Below are positions 27,645-41,525 of a DNA stretch of 64,000 nucleotides, piece by piece. Source of the stretch: Eledone cirrhosa (taxonomy: Eukaryota). Position 1 is the stretch's first letter, and each line of letters starts with the position of its first letter. The stretch spans positions 40,858,001-40,922,000 of the forward strand of contig OZ024752.1 of the NCBI GenBank assembly GCA_964016885.1. Reading direction: 5' to 3'. The translations under genes were made by a program, and so were the position numbers. The notes under the pieces are model-generated. The model was not told where the DNA came from. It did not search any database and saw nothing but the letters and a program-made list of their open reading frames with translations.

Positions 27645-27834
27645 ATATATATATATATATTTACACACACACATAATTCGTTAGAACCCTCTACTGAAAT
27701 ATATTTGACGTGGAATATGATACATAGAATATCCCCCATCTTCCAACTAGGAATATGTTTACTATTATAATTTAGTCTTCCTATGAATATATTATATGAA
27801 ACCCTGCATAATGATAATTACAATATCTACATAT

Positions 27835-30148
27835 TTGTTTTACAATATTATGTATGTATTGTCTACTATTGTTTTACAATATTATGTATATATTGTCTAC
27901 TATTGTTTTACAATATTATGTATATATTGTCTGCTATTGTTTTACAATATTATGTATATATTGTCTACTATTGTTTTACAATATTATGTATATATTGTCT
28001 ACTATTGTTTTACAATATTATGTATATATTGTCTCCTATTGTTTTACAATATTATATATATATTGTCTACTATTGTTTTACAATATTATATATATATTGT
28101 CTACTATTGTTTTACAATATTATGTATATATTGTCTACTATTGTTTTACAATATTATGTATATATTGTCTCCTATTGTTTTACAATATTATATATATATT
28201 GTCTACTATTGTTTTACAATATTATATATATATTGTCTACTATTGTTTTACAATATTATGTATGTATTGTCTATTATTGTTTTACAATATTATGTATATA
28301 TTGTCTACTATTGTTTTACAATATTATGTATGTATTGTCTACTATTGTTTTACAATATTATGTATATATTGTCTACTATTGTTTTACAATATTATATATA
28401 TATTGTCTACTATTGTTTTACAATATTATGTATGTATTGTCTACTATTGTTTTACAATATTATGTATATATTGTCTCCTATTGTTTTACAATATTATGTA
28501 TATATTGTCTACTATTGTTTTACAATATTATGTATGTATTGTCTACTATTGTTTTACAATATTATGTATATATTGTCTACTATTGTTTTACAATATTATG
28601 TATGTATTGTCTACTATTGTTTTACAATATTATGTATATATTGTCTACTATTGTTTTACAATATTATGTATGTATTGTCTACTATTGTTTTACAATATTA
28701 TGTATGTATTGTCTACTATTGTTTTACAATATTATGTATATATTGTCTACTATTGTTTTACAATATTATGTATGTATTGTCTACTATTGTTTTACAATAT
28801 TATGTATATATTGTCTCCTATTGTTTTACAATATTATATATATATTGTCTACTATTGTTTTACAATATTATGTATGTATTGTCTACTATTGTTTTACAAT
28901 ATTATGTATATATTGTCTCCTATTGTTTTACAATATTATATATATATTGTCTACTATTGTTTTACAATATTATGTATGTATTGTCTACTATTGTTTTACA
29001 ATATTATGTATATATTGTCTCCTATTGTTTTACAATATTATATATATATTGTCTACTATTGTTTTACAATATTATGTATGTATTGTCTACTATTGTTTTA
29101 CAATATTATGTATATATTGTCTACTATTGTTTTACAATATTATGTATATATTGTCTACTATTGTTTTACAATGTTATGTATATATTGTCTCCTATTGTTT
29201 TACAATATTATGTATATATTGTCTACTATTGTTTTACAATATTATGTATATATTGTCTACTATTGTTTTACAATATTATGTATGTATTGTCTACTATTGT
29301 TTTACAATGTTATGTATTGTCTACTATTGTTTTACAATATTATGTATGTATTGTCTACTATTGTTTTACAATATTATGTATGTATTGTCTACTATTGTTT
29401 TACAATATTATGTATATATTGTCTACTATTGTTTTACAATATTATGTATGTATTGTCTACTATTGTTTTACAATATTATGTATATATTGTCAGCTATTGT
29501 TTTACAATATTATGTATATATTGTCTACTATTGTTTTACAATATTATGTATATATTGTCTCCTATTGTTTTACAATATTATGTATATATTGTCTACTATT
29601 GTTTTACAATATTATGTATATATTGTCTCCTATTGTTTTACAATATTATGTATATATTGTCTACTATTGTTTTACAATATTATGGTTATATTGTTTACTG
29701 TTGTTTTACAATATTATGTATATATTGTCTACTATTGTTTTACAATATTATGTATATATTGTCTACTATTGTTTTACAATATTATGTATATATTGTCTAC
29801 TATTGTTTTACAATATTATGGATATATTGTTTACTATTGTTTTACAATATTATGTATATATTGTCTACTATTGTTTTATAATATTATATATATATTGTCT
29901 ACTATTGTTTTACAATATTATGTATATATTGTCTACTATTGTTTTATAATATTATATATATATTGTCTACTATTGTTTTACAATATTATGTATATATTGT
30001 CTACTATTGTTTTATAATATTATGTATATATTGTCTGCTATTGTTTTATAATATTATATATATATTGTCTGCTATTGTTTTATAATATTATATATATATT
30101 GTCTGCTATTGTTTTATAATATTATATATATATTGTCTGCTATTGCTT
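27835..30148. repeat. 34-bp AT-rich minisatellite, about 68 copies
   Basis: Unit TGTTTTACAATATTATGTATATATTGTCTACTAT; explains the three ORFs of about 700 aa. Confidence 0.97.
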
Positions 30149-30150
30149 TA

Positions 30151-30256
30151 TCCCGCCGAGGTTAACTTTGCCTTTCATCCTTACGGGGTCGATAAAATAA
30201 AGTACCAGTAATGTACTGGGTATTTGCTGGCCTTGTGCCAATAGTAGAAACAATTA
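30151..30256 (+). mobile_element. 5'-truncated SINE family 1 at the end of the 34-bp array
   Basis: SINE core and tail, followed by one more minisatellite-like unit. Confidence 0.85.
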
Positions 30257-30404
30257 TATATATATTGTCTACTATTGTTTTCCATATTATATATGATAGT
30301 ATACCAGAATTCTTTTTTTTTCTGTGACTAATTTATATGGTTGGCTTCGGAAAGATGAGAAGAAGGATGGAATACATTAATATTTAGTGAATACAGACAG
30401 AAGG

Positions 30405-30457
<53 letters not shown>

Positions 30458-30888
30458 CGCACACACACACACAGACAGACACACACACACAGACACACAC
30501 ACACACATAGAGCCTACATCTCTACTGCCATTACCACAATCTCTATTCTGATCTGTAAGAACATCACCAGAGTTACCGCAGACATCATCAGAAAACACTA
30601 AATTGATCACCTCTCCACAATCTTCGCTTTGATCACCACAAACATCGCCACAAACATCGCCACAAACATCACCACAAACATCACCACTAACATCGCCACT
30701 AATATCGCCACTAACATCACCACTGACATTGCCACAAACTTCATCACTAACATCACCACAAACATCGCCACAAACATCACCACTGACATTGCCACAAACA
30801 TCGCCACAAACATCACCACAAACATCACCATCAACATCATCACCAACATCATTACCAACATCATCATCATCATCATCATCATCATCAG

Positions 30889-30921
<33 letters not shown>

Positions 30922-31040
30922 TATCATCATCTTCATCACCATCCCATCATTTAGCTGTTCGGTTAAGTCCTCCTCTCCCCCCACCTCCTACACTGACACA
31001 TACATACATTTACATCTTCCATACGTCAGTAGATATTTTA

Positions 31041-31081
<41 letters not shown>

Positions 31082-31195
31082 AAGTGAGAGAGGGGAGAAA
31101 GTGAGAGAGGGGGGGGGGGCGAGAAAGTGAGAGAGAGAGGGAGGGAGAGAGTGATATATAGATAGATAGAGAGAGAGACAGAGAGAGAGTGATAG

Positions 31196-31237
<42 letters not shown>

Positions 31238-31262
31238 CGAAAGAGAGAGAAGTAGAGAGAGT

Positions 31263-31323
<61 letters not shown>

Positions 31324-31517
31324 CAATAGCACTGGCTAAACTACATAATGAAATTATCGCCGCCATAAATCTATCACATGATTGATCACACTTATACCCG
31401 GATGTCGTCTGCGTCTGCATGAAAAGCAGACAGCGGACAAAAGGAGCAGTTAATGGTGAAACGTGCAGAGAGACCAAGTTGGAAACAGCACCAAGAGGGA
31501 GACGGGGGGGGGGGGAC

Positions 31518-31584
<67 letters not shown>

Positions 31585-31817
31585 CTTATATATTCATATA
31601 TATATATACCTATATATACATACATATATATACATATATATATATATATTACATATATATACATATATATATATACATATATGCATATATATATATATAC
31701 ATATATATACACATATATACATATATATATATATACATATATATGTATATATACAAATATACATATATATATACATATATGTACATATATATACATATAT
31801 ATATACATATACACATA

Positions 31818-31885
<68 letters not shown>

Positions 31886-31933
31886 TATACATATACACAT
31901 ATGTACATATATATATATATATATATACACATA

Positions 31934-32057
<124 letters not shown>

Positions 32058-32269
32058 TATGTGTGTGTGTGTGTGTGTGTGTGTCCAGTAGGGCTGTGGA
32101 AAGAGAGGTGAGAGGAGGGTGAAGGGAAAAATATCGGAAAGAAAGGAAAATGGAGAATGATGTAGCAATTATCAAAGTGGGACAATAAACGATTTTTGGA
32201 ATAAACAGCAGTTTTGTTCCTTCTTGTTTCTTGTTGTTGCTGCTGTTGTTGTTGTTGTTATTATAATTG

Positions 32270-34660
32270 TTGTTGCTGCTGTTGGTGTTGTTGTTGGTGG
32301 TGTTGGTGGTGTTGGTGGCATTACTGATGTTTGTGTTGTTGTTGTTGTTGTTGGTGGTGTTGGTGGTATTACTGTTGTTGTTGTTGTTGGTGTTGTTGTT
32401 GTTGGTGGTGTTGGTGGTATTACTGATGTTTGTGTTGGTGTTCTTGGTGGTGGTATTACTGTTGTTGTTGTTGGTGGTGGTGTTGTTGTTGGTGGTGTTG
32501 TTGGTGGTGTTGGTGGTATTACTGTTGTTTTTGTTGTTGTTGGTGTTGTTGTTGGTGGTGTTGGTGGTATTACTGCTGTTGTTGGTGGTGGTGGTGTTGT
32601 TGTTGGTGGTGTTGTTGGTGGTGTTGGTGGTATTACTGTTGTTTTTGTTGTTGTTGGTGTTGTTGTTGGTGGTGTTGTTGGTGGTGTTGGTGGTATTACT
32701 GTTGTTGTTGTTGGTGGTGGTGTTGTTGTTGGTGGTGTTGTTGGTGGTGTTGGTGGTATTACTGTTGTTTTTGTTGTTGTTGGTGTTGTTGTTGGTGGTG
32801 TTGGTGGTATTACTGCTGTTGTTGGTGGTGGTGGTGTTGTTGTTGGTGGTGTTGTTGGTGGTGTTGGTGGTATTACTGTTGTTTTTGTTGTTGTTGGTGT
32901 TGTTGTTGGTGGTGTTGTTGGTGGTGTTGGTGGTATTACTGTTGTTTTTGTTGTTGTTGGTGTTGTTGTTGGTGGTGTTGGTGGTATTACTGCTGTTGTT
33001 GGTGGTGGTGGTGTTGTTGTTGGTGGTGTTGTTGGTGGTGTTGGTGGTATTACTGTTGTTTTTGTTGTTGTTGGTGTTGTTGTTGGTGGTGTTGTTGGTG
33101 GTGTTGGTGGTATTACTGTTGTTTTTGTTGTTGTTGGTGTTGTTGTTGGTGGTGTTGGTGGTATTACTGCTGTTGTTGGTGGTGGTGGTGTTGTTGTTGG
33201 TGGTGTTGTTGGTGGTGTTGGTGGTATTACTGTTGTTTTTGTTGTTGTTGGTGTTGTTGTTGGTGGTGTTGTTGGTGGTGTTGGTGGTATTACTGTTGTT
33301 TTTGTTGTTGTTGGTGTTGTTGTTGGTGGTGTTGGTGGTATTACTGCTGTTGTTGGTGGTGGTGGTGTTGTTGTTGGTGGTGTTGTTGGTGGTGTTGGTG
33401 GTATTACTGTTGTTTTTGTTGTTGTTGGTGTTGTTGTTGGTGGTGTTGTTGGTGGTGTTGGTGGTATTACTGTTGTTTTTGTTGTTGTTGGTGTTGTTGT
33501 TGGTGGTGTTGGTGGTATTACTGCTGTTGTTGGTGGTGGTGGTGTTGTTGTTGGTGGTGTTGTTGGTGGTGTTGGTGGTATTACTGTTGTTTTTGTTGTT
33601 GTTGGTGTTGTTGTTGGTGGTGTTGTTGGTGGTGTTGGTGGTATTACTGTTGTTTTTGTTGTTGTTGGTGTTGTTGTTGGTGGTGTTGGTGGTATTACTG
33701 CTGTTGTTGGTGGTGGTGGTGTTGTTGTTGGTGGTGTTGTTGGTGGTGTTGGTGGTATTACTGTTGTTTTTGTTGTTGTTGGTGTTGTTGTTGGTGGTGT
33801 TGTTGGTGGTGTTGGTGGTATTACTGTTGTTTTTGTTGTTGTTGGTGTTGTTGTTGGTGGTGTTGGTGGTATTACTGCTGTTGTTGGTGGTGGTGGTGTT
33901 GTTGTTGGTGGTGTTGTTGGTGGTGTTGGTGGTATTACTGTTGTTTTTGTTGTTGTTGGTGTTGTTGTTGGTGGTGTTGTTGGTGGTGTTGGTGGTATTA
34001 CTGTTGTTTTTGTTGTTGTTGGTGTTGTTGTTGGTGGTGTTGGTGGTATTACTGCTGTTGTTGGTGGTGGTGGTGTTGTTGTTGGTGGTGTTGTTGGTGG
34101 TGTTGGTGGTATTACTGTTGTTGTTGTTGGTGGTGGTGTTGTTGTTGGTGGTGTTGTTGGTGGTGTTGGTGGTATTACTGTTGTTTTTGTTGTTGTTGGT
34201 GTTGTTGTTGGTGGTGTTGGTGGTATTACTGCTGTTGTTGGTGGTGGTGTTGGTGGTATTACTGTTGTTGTTGTTGTTGGTGATGTTGTTGGTGTTGATG
34301 GTATTGGTGGTATTACTGTTGGTGGTGTTGTTGGTGTTGGTGGTGTTGGAGGTATTACTGTTGTTGTTGTTGTTGGTGATGTTGTTGGTGTTGATGGTAT
34401 TGGTGGTATTACTGTTGGTGGTGTTGTTGGTGTTGATGGTGTTGGTGGTATTACTGCTGTTGTTGTTGTTGGTGGTGTTGTTGCTGCTGCTGTTGTTTCT
34501 GTTGTTGTTGTTGTTGTTGTTGGTGGTGGTGTTGTTGTTGTTGCTGGTGTTGTTGTTGTCGTTGTTGCTGCTGTTGTTGTTGCTGGTGGTGTTGATGTTG
34601 TTGTTGTTGTTGTTGTCGTTGTTGCTGCTGTTGTTGTTGCTGGTGGTGTTGTTGTGGTTG
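32270..34660. repeat. (GTT/GGT)n repeat with a 177-bp higher-order period
   Basis: Marker TACTGCTGTT at 32811, 32988, 33165, 33342, 33519, 33696, 33873, 34050 and 34227. Confidence 0.95.
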
Positions 34661-35073
34661 TTGCGGTCAGCGAGATAACCTGTGTGCAGGAACGTAAAGA
34701 GGTTTAATGTTAGGGACAATGTCTAACGAAGGAGATAAGAAATAAATGAAAGTGGCGAAAGGGAAGGGGTGGGTGTTAGAGGGAGAGGGGGGAGGAGAGG
34801 GGGTAGTGACAGTAGAAGAGGTGAGATATATATCTATATATATATAGAGAGAGTGTGAGTGGGAGAGGAAGTGAGAGAGTGTGGGGGAGAAAGAAAGCGA
34901 ATGAGAAAGAGAGAACAGAGAGAGAGAGAGAGAGAGACAGAGAAAGAAAGAAAGAGAGAGTGAGAGGGGAGAGGTGGCAGTAGAAGAGGTGAGATATATA
35001 TATAGAGAGAGAGAGTGAGTGGGAGAGGAAGTGAGAGAGTGTGGGGGAGAAAGAAAGAGAATGAGAAAGAGAG

Positions 35074-35127
<54 letters not shown>

Positions 35128-35405
35128 AAGAAACAGAGAGAGAGAGTAAGAGGGGAGAGGTGGCAGTAGAAGAGGTGACATATATATATAGAGAGAGGGA
35201 GAGTGAGTGGGAGAGGGAATGAGAGAGAGAGAGAGGTAGAGAGGGTGAGTGAGAGAGAAGGAGAGTGAGGGTGTGAGAGAGAATATTTGCGTGTGTATAT
35301 GTGTGTATCTGTATCTCTTCGTGTGTGTTTGTGTGTGTGGTTGTGTGTGTGTGTGTATATATACAGTATATATGCCTTTCTCTCTCTGTGTTTGTGTGCG
35401 TATGT

Positions 35406-35442
<37 letters not shown>

Positions 35443-35756
35443 TGTATGTGTGTGCGTATGTGTATGTGTGTCTGTGTGTGTGTGAATGTGTGTGTCTATG
35501 TGTATATGCGTATGTGTGTGTGTGACTGTCTGTGCGTATCCATGTGTGTCTGTGTCTGTGTGTGTGTGAATGTATGTGTCTATGTGTATATGCGTATGTG
35601 TGTATGTGACTGTCTGTGCGTATGTATGTGCATGTGTGTATGTGTGTCTGTGTGTGTGAATGTGTGTGTCTATGTGTATATGCGTATGTGTGTGTGTGAC
35701 TGTCTGTGCGTATGTATGTGTATGTGTGTGTGTCTGTATCTGTATCACACTAGCTA

Positions 35757-36134
35757 TAATAATTGTTTCTACATTTAGCACAAGGCCAGCAATTATTCCA
35801 GTACATTACTGGTACTTTATTTTATTGACCCCGTAAGGATGAAAGGCAAAGTTAACCTCGGCGGGATTTGAACTCAGAAAGTAAAAGGCCATAACTCTAT
35901 GCTGCAATGCAAGGAGTCCGACCCTCTACCGATACTGCTCATAAAATAATTGTTTCTACATTTGGCACAAGGCCATCAATTACCCCAGTGTATTACTGGT
36001 ACTTTATTTTATCGACCCCCGTAAGGATAAAAGGCAAAGTTAACCTCGGCGAGATTTGAACTCGGACCATGAAGGGCCGTAACTCTATGCGGCAAAGCAT
36101 GGCGTCCGACCCTCTACCGATACTGCCAATCCAA
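35757..36134 (-). mobile_element. Two tRNA-SINE family 1 copies
   Basis: Match to the family consensus. Confidence 0.9.
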
Positions 36135-36312
36135 CATGGCGGCAAAGACCAGTCTTGGTAGTCAAATAACAGTAATTATTCTAACAATGGTAACAATAGA
36201 CAGCACTGAGAGCAATAATAAATATGATGGAAACCATCAACATCATCATCATCACCATCACCATCGTCATCACCATCACCATCATCATCATCACCATCGT
36301 CATCACCATCAC

Positions 36313-36349
<37 letters not shown>

Positions 36350-36353
36350 GTCG

Positions 36354-36393
<40 letters not shown>

Positions 36394-36602
36394 TATCATC
36401 ATCATCATCATCATCATCCCCATGCACACTAACAACAACAATAACTGCAACAACAATATGGCGGCAATAACAACAATACATTACTGTGTCCGCCATGACA
36501 GTTGTTGGACCATCTTAACAGATATAATACTAGTCACAAAGACACACACACACACACACACACATACATACACACATACACACATACACAAGCACATACA
36601 CA

Positions 36603-36644
<42 letters not shown>

Positions 36645-36657
36645 TACACACACACAA

Positions 36658-36688
<31 letters not shown>

Positions 36689-36705
36689 ACCACACACACA
36701 TAGAT

Positions 36706-36736
<31 letters not shown>

Positions 36737-36879
36737 CACAACCACACACACAGAGACACACACACACAAGCACACACACACACACAGAGACACATACACA
36801 CAAACACACACATACACAACCACACACAGATACACACATACAAACACACATACACATACACACAACCACACACACACAG

Positions 36880-36942
<63 letters not shown>

Positions 36943-36957
36943 TACACATACACACAA

Positions 36958-37009
<52 letters not shown>

Positions 37010-37207
37010 GCAACATTATATATGATTATCACAAGGAAATCGAAAGACCACCAAAGATTTGCCGACAATTTGCGAATTTCCAATATTACAGAGAATTTTA
37101 CAAGATATTTACAACGAAAGATTTCACCTCAACTTGACCTTCTAGAATGTTCTAGGAAGCTTAAGTAATAATATGAAAGGAAGTGAAGTAACCAATGTTT
37201 GTTTTAT

Positions 37208-38295
37208 CAATAATTGTTTCTACTTTAGGCACAAGGCCGGCAATTATCTCAGTGCATTACTGGTACTTTATTTTATCGACCCCGTAAGGATGAAAGGCAA
37301 AGTTAACCTCGGCAGGATTTGAACTCAGAATAATAATAATAATTGTTTCTACTTTTGGCACAAGTCCAGCAATTATCTCAGTGTATTACTGGTACTTTAT
37401 TTTATCGACCCCGTAAGGATGAAAGGCAAAGTTAACCTCGGCAGGATTTGAACTCAGAATAATAATTGTTTCTACTTTAGGCACAAGGCCAGCAATTACC
37501 CAGTACATTACTGGTACTTTATTTTATCGACCCCGTAAGGATGAAAGGCAAAGTTAACCTCGGCAGGATTTGAACTCAGAATAATAATAATAATTGTTTC
37601 TACTTTTGGCACAAGTCCAGCAATTATCTCAGTGTATTACTGGTACTTTATTTTATCGACCCCGTAAGGATGAAAGGCAAAGTTAACCTCGGCAGGATTT
37701 GAACTCAGAATAATAATTGTTTCTACTTTTGGCACAAGGCCAGCAATTATCTCAGTGCATTACTGGTACTTTATTTTATCGACCCCGTAAGGATGAAAGG
37801 CAAAGTTAACCTCGGCAGGATTTGAACTCAGAATAATAATTGTTTCTACTTTTGGCACAAGGCCAGCAATTACCCAGTACATTACTGGTACTTTATTTTA
37901 TCGACCCCCGTAAGGATGAAAGGCAAAGTTAACCTCGGCGGGATTTGAACTCAGATCATAAAGGGAGGTAACTCTATGCTTCAAAGCATGGTGTCCGACT
38001 CTCTACCGATACTGCCAAATCTACCGCCCTGAGTCGACATAAAATAATGATGAAAGGTAAAGTTAACCTCGGCGGGATTTGAACTCAGACCATAAAGGGC
38101 CGTAACTCTATGCTGCAAAGCATGGCGTCCGACCCTCTACCGATACTGCCAATCCACTGCCCTGAGTCGACATAAAATAATGATGAAAGGTAAAGTTGAC
38201 CTCGGCGGGATTTGAACTCAAACCATAAAGGGCCGTAACTCTATGCTGCAAAGCATGGCGTCCTACCCTCTACCGATACTGCCAATTCACCGTCA
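37208..38295 (-). mobile_element. Tandem array of SINE family 1 halves
   Basis: Five 3'-half units of about 130 bp, one full copy, then two 5'-half units. Confidence 0.9.
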
Positions 38296-38420
38296 ATAAT
38301 AACGTTTGAAATCGTTCAAAGTTGTATAGAATTCAGAATATAAACTTTTGGGGAAAAATCAAATCCTGTCAGAGGGACCGAAAGATAGTTGGTGGTGGAG
38401 GTGGTGGTGGTGTGATGGAT

Positions 38421-38465
<45 letters not shown>

Positions 38466-38573
38466 ATAAAAGGAATTCCAACTTTGTCTGATTTACTCGT
38501 TTTATTTACAATCCTTTAAAATTATAATGATGATATTATAATGAAATAGTATGGTAGAATATTAAATGTTAAT

Positions 38574-38612
38574 TGAACAAGTAGTTTCATGCTTTCGCAA
38601 TCTTCAGGTTCA
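38574..38612 (-). ncRNA. Family A hammerhead motif
   Basis: TGAAC CTGAAGA tTGCgaaaGCAt GAAA ctac TT GTTCA. Confidence 0.75.
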
Positions 38613-38685
38613 TATTCAGTGGTGACAGTCAAGTTTGCAATTTTCCACAGTTGAAAATTGCAAACTTGACTGTCAACACTGAATA

Positions 38686-38724
38686 TGAACCTGAAGATTC
38701 CGAAAGCATGAAACTACTTGTTCA
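38686..38724 (+). ncRNA. Family A hammerhead motif (stem II mismatch)
   Basis: TGAAC CTGAAGA ttccgaaagcat GAAA ctac TT GTTCA. Confidence 0.65.
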
Positions 38725-38864
38725 ATTAACATTTAATATTTAATATTCTACCATAATATTTCATTATAATATCATTATAATTTTAAAGGATTGTAAATAA
38801 AACGAGTAAATCAGACAAAGTTCCTTTTATTAATATAATATTCTATACACAATCATACACACCC

Positions 38865-38927
<63 letters not shown>

Positions 38928-38932
38928 TATAA

Positions 38933-38987
<55 letters not shown>

Positions 38988-39024
38988 TGGTTTTATAAAT
39001 ATAGTTTCCATTTATTAATAACAT

Positions 39025-39085
<61 letters not shown>

Positions 39086-39086
39086 A

Positions 39087-39131
<45 letters not shown>

Positions 39132-39176
39132 AATAAATATGGTTTTATAAATATAGTTTCCATTTATTAATAACAT

Positions 39177-39354
<178 letters not shown>

Positions 39355-39369
39355 AATATGGTTTTAATA

Positions 39370-39431
39370 TATTTTATCTGATGAGTGCGTACCAAAGTTT
39401 TTGGTACCCTTGAAATATATATAATAAAATA
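39370..39431 (+). ncRNA. Type I hammerhead motif (family G)
   Basis: Stem [17 protein letters not shown]; CTGATGA at 39378; stem II GTACCAAA-gtt-TTTGGTAC; GAAA; palindromic ATATATAT; AUA site. Confidence 0.75.
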
Positions 39432-39562
39432 AATATGGTTTTATAAATAAAGTTTCTATTTATTAATATCATTGATATTATACTCCAGGTAAACCGTTGA
39501 GTGCTTCGAATCTGTTATAAATAATTTTGTTGAATTACCAACAAATTTAATATATCTTTGCT

Positions 39563-39599
<37 letters not shown>

Positions 39600-39650
39600 T
39601 AATAAAAATAATGAATAAAAACAAAGAAACAATTCCTTATATTAAAAAAT

Positions 39651-39788
39651 TCATCATTTTACGATCGTTTCTAGGATATATATGTGTGTGTTGGTATGTA
39701 TATCATATAAATCTATGTAAAAGTTTTACAAACTATCAGAGGGAATATACATACCTACACATATATATGCTGTCTTCAGAAATAATGA
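39651..39788 (-). ncRNA. Type I hammerhead with a 101-nt stem II (family F)
   Basis: 9-bp stem I TCATTATTT/AAATGATGA; CTGAAGA; long hairpin 39672-39772; GAAA; palindromic ACGATCGT; GUA site; an inverted second arm starts at 39789. Confidence 0.75.
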
Positions 39789-40362
39789 TTACATAGATCT
39801 ATATGATATACATACCAACACACACACATATATATCCTAGAAACGATCGTAAAATGATGAATTTTTTAATATAAGGAACTGTTTCTTTGTTTTTATTCAT
39901 TATTTTTATTAATTTATCTTGACTCTGTTTTCCTGTGTTTTTCATCGAAAACATTTTGAATACATCTTCTCTTTTCATGATATTTGGATTACATTGAGTT
40001 CTTCATACGGATTGGACACTACCGTATATTTTGGTAGATTTATCTACATATATATATATATATATGTGTGTGTTAGGTAATTCCGAGAGAAAAAAAGAGT
40101 GCTCTATATATAGAACAGAGCTATTTAATTAGAAAGTCAACAACTCAAAATATAACTACTCCCAAAGGTTTCTGGTGATAAAAGATATGAAGTAAGATTT
40201 AAAATCTGTTAAAAATTGGAAGTAAACTTTGGTAATGAAGTAGTTATATTTTGTATTGTTCAATTTCTAATTATATATATATATGTATAGTAATAATAAT
40301 AAATGTGAGGACTAAATCCAAAGAAGGCTCCATAAGGATAAATATATATCAAATATATAAGA

Positions 40363-40406
<44 letters not shown>

Positions 40407-40417
40407 TAACATATATC

Positions 40418-40464
40418 TTCTGAAGATCCCGTTAAGGGTGAAAGTAGCGATTCTTTACTTAAAC
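40418..40464 (+). ncRNA. Family D hammerhead motif
   Basis: CTGAAGA tCCCgttaaGGGt GAAAGTA gcgattctt TACTT; stem I weak in this copy. Confidence 0.65.
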
Positions 40465-40476
40465 TTTAATCTGTTA

Positions 40477-40561
<85 letters not shown>

Positions 40562-40823
40562 GAAAGGTATAGAAAAAATATATAAATGAAAGGTATAGAA
40601 AATATTGTAGCAAAAAGCCAACAGTATTCCACAATATATATATATATTTTCTCTCTCTCCTTCTTTTTCTTTCTCTGTAACCCAACGGCTTATTTTAAAA
40701 ATAAAAATATCCAATACTAATAATAATATAAGTAAACAACTCCACTATCCGGGAGCTTCCAACAGTAATGGTTGCATTTTTTAAGGGTATGTCAATATTT
40801 ATTTATAAAAGTGATCTATATTA

Positions 40824-40888
40824 TATTTTGTTTGATGAAAGCACACCATAATTTAACTTGGTGTCCTTGAAATATGTATAATGAAATA
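40824..40888 (+). ncRNA. Family G hammerhead (C3U variant) in an element spanning about 40740-40930
   Basis: TTGATGA AAGcACACCA...TGGTGTcCTT GAAA tatgta TA ATGAAATA; shares about 90 bp upstream with the 62793 copy. Confidence 0.65.
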
Positions 40889-40927
40889 AATATGGTTTTA
40901 TAAATATAGTTTCCATTTGTTAATATC

Positions 40928-40961
<34 letters not shown>

Positions 40962-41476
40962 TCTCACATACATTCATACATTGATATGTGCAAAAGATAG
41001 AAACAATTATTTAACGTACTTTTATTTTATCGACCCCCGGGATTTGAACTCAGATCATAAAGGGCCGTAACTCTATGCTGCAAAGAATGGCGTCCGACCC
41101 TCTACCAATACTGCCAATCCACCGCCCCTCCAAAAAAAGAACGACCATGATAACAACCAAATCCCTGGTACTTCATCTATTACCTCTAAACAAAAGTTAT
41201 TACTATCTGATTAATCTTATATCGTCACTTTAAAAATATCTCTATCAATTTGTTGTTTTTTTTTTGTTGCTTCTATCCTCATGATTAATATATATGTGAA
41301 CTAGCTGACCTGGCACCTCCATTCTTAAAACTGGAGACTACGAAAGCAAGTGTTTCATTGATTTATATACAAGATAGAAAATGGCGGACATGTACAATAT
41401 TCATTGATTCATATACATCATGGCGGACGGTATGGATGTTAGGAGAGACATAACAAAACATTACAACATCCAACAG

Positions 41477-41525
<49 letters not shown>

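Larger units (their letters stand above)
38465..38867. mobile_element. Family A palindromic element with two outward-reading hammerheads
   Basis: Arms about 180 bp, axis at 38649; (TA)n on both sides. Confidence 0.85.

Noticed and set aside
27783-30017. Three ORFs of 675-744 aa
   Set aside because: Translations of a stop-free 34-bp minisatellite
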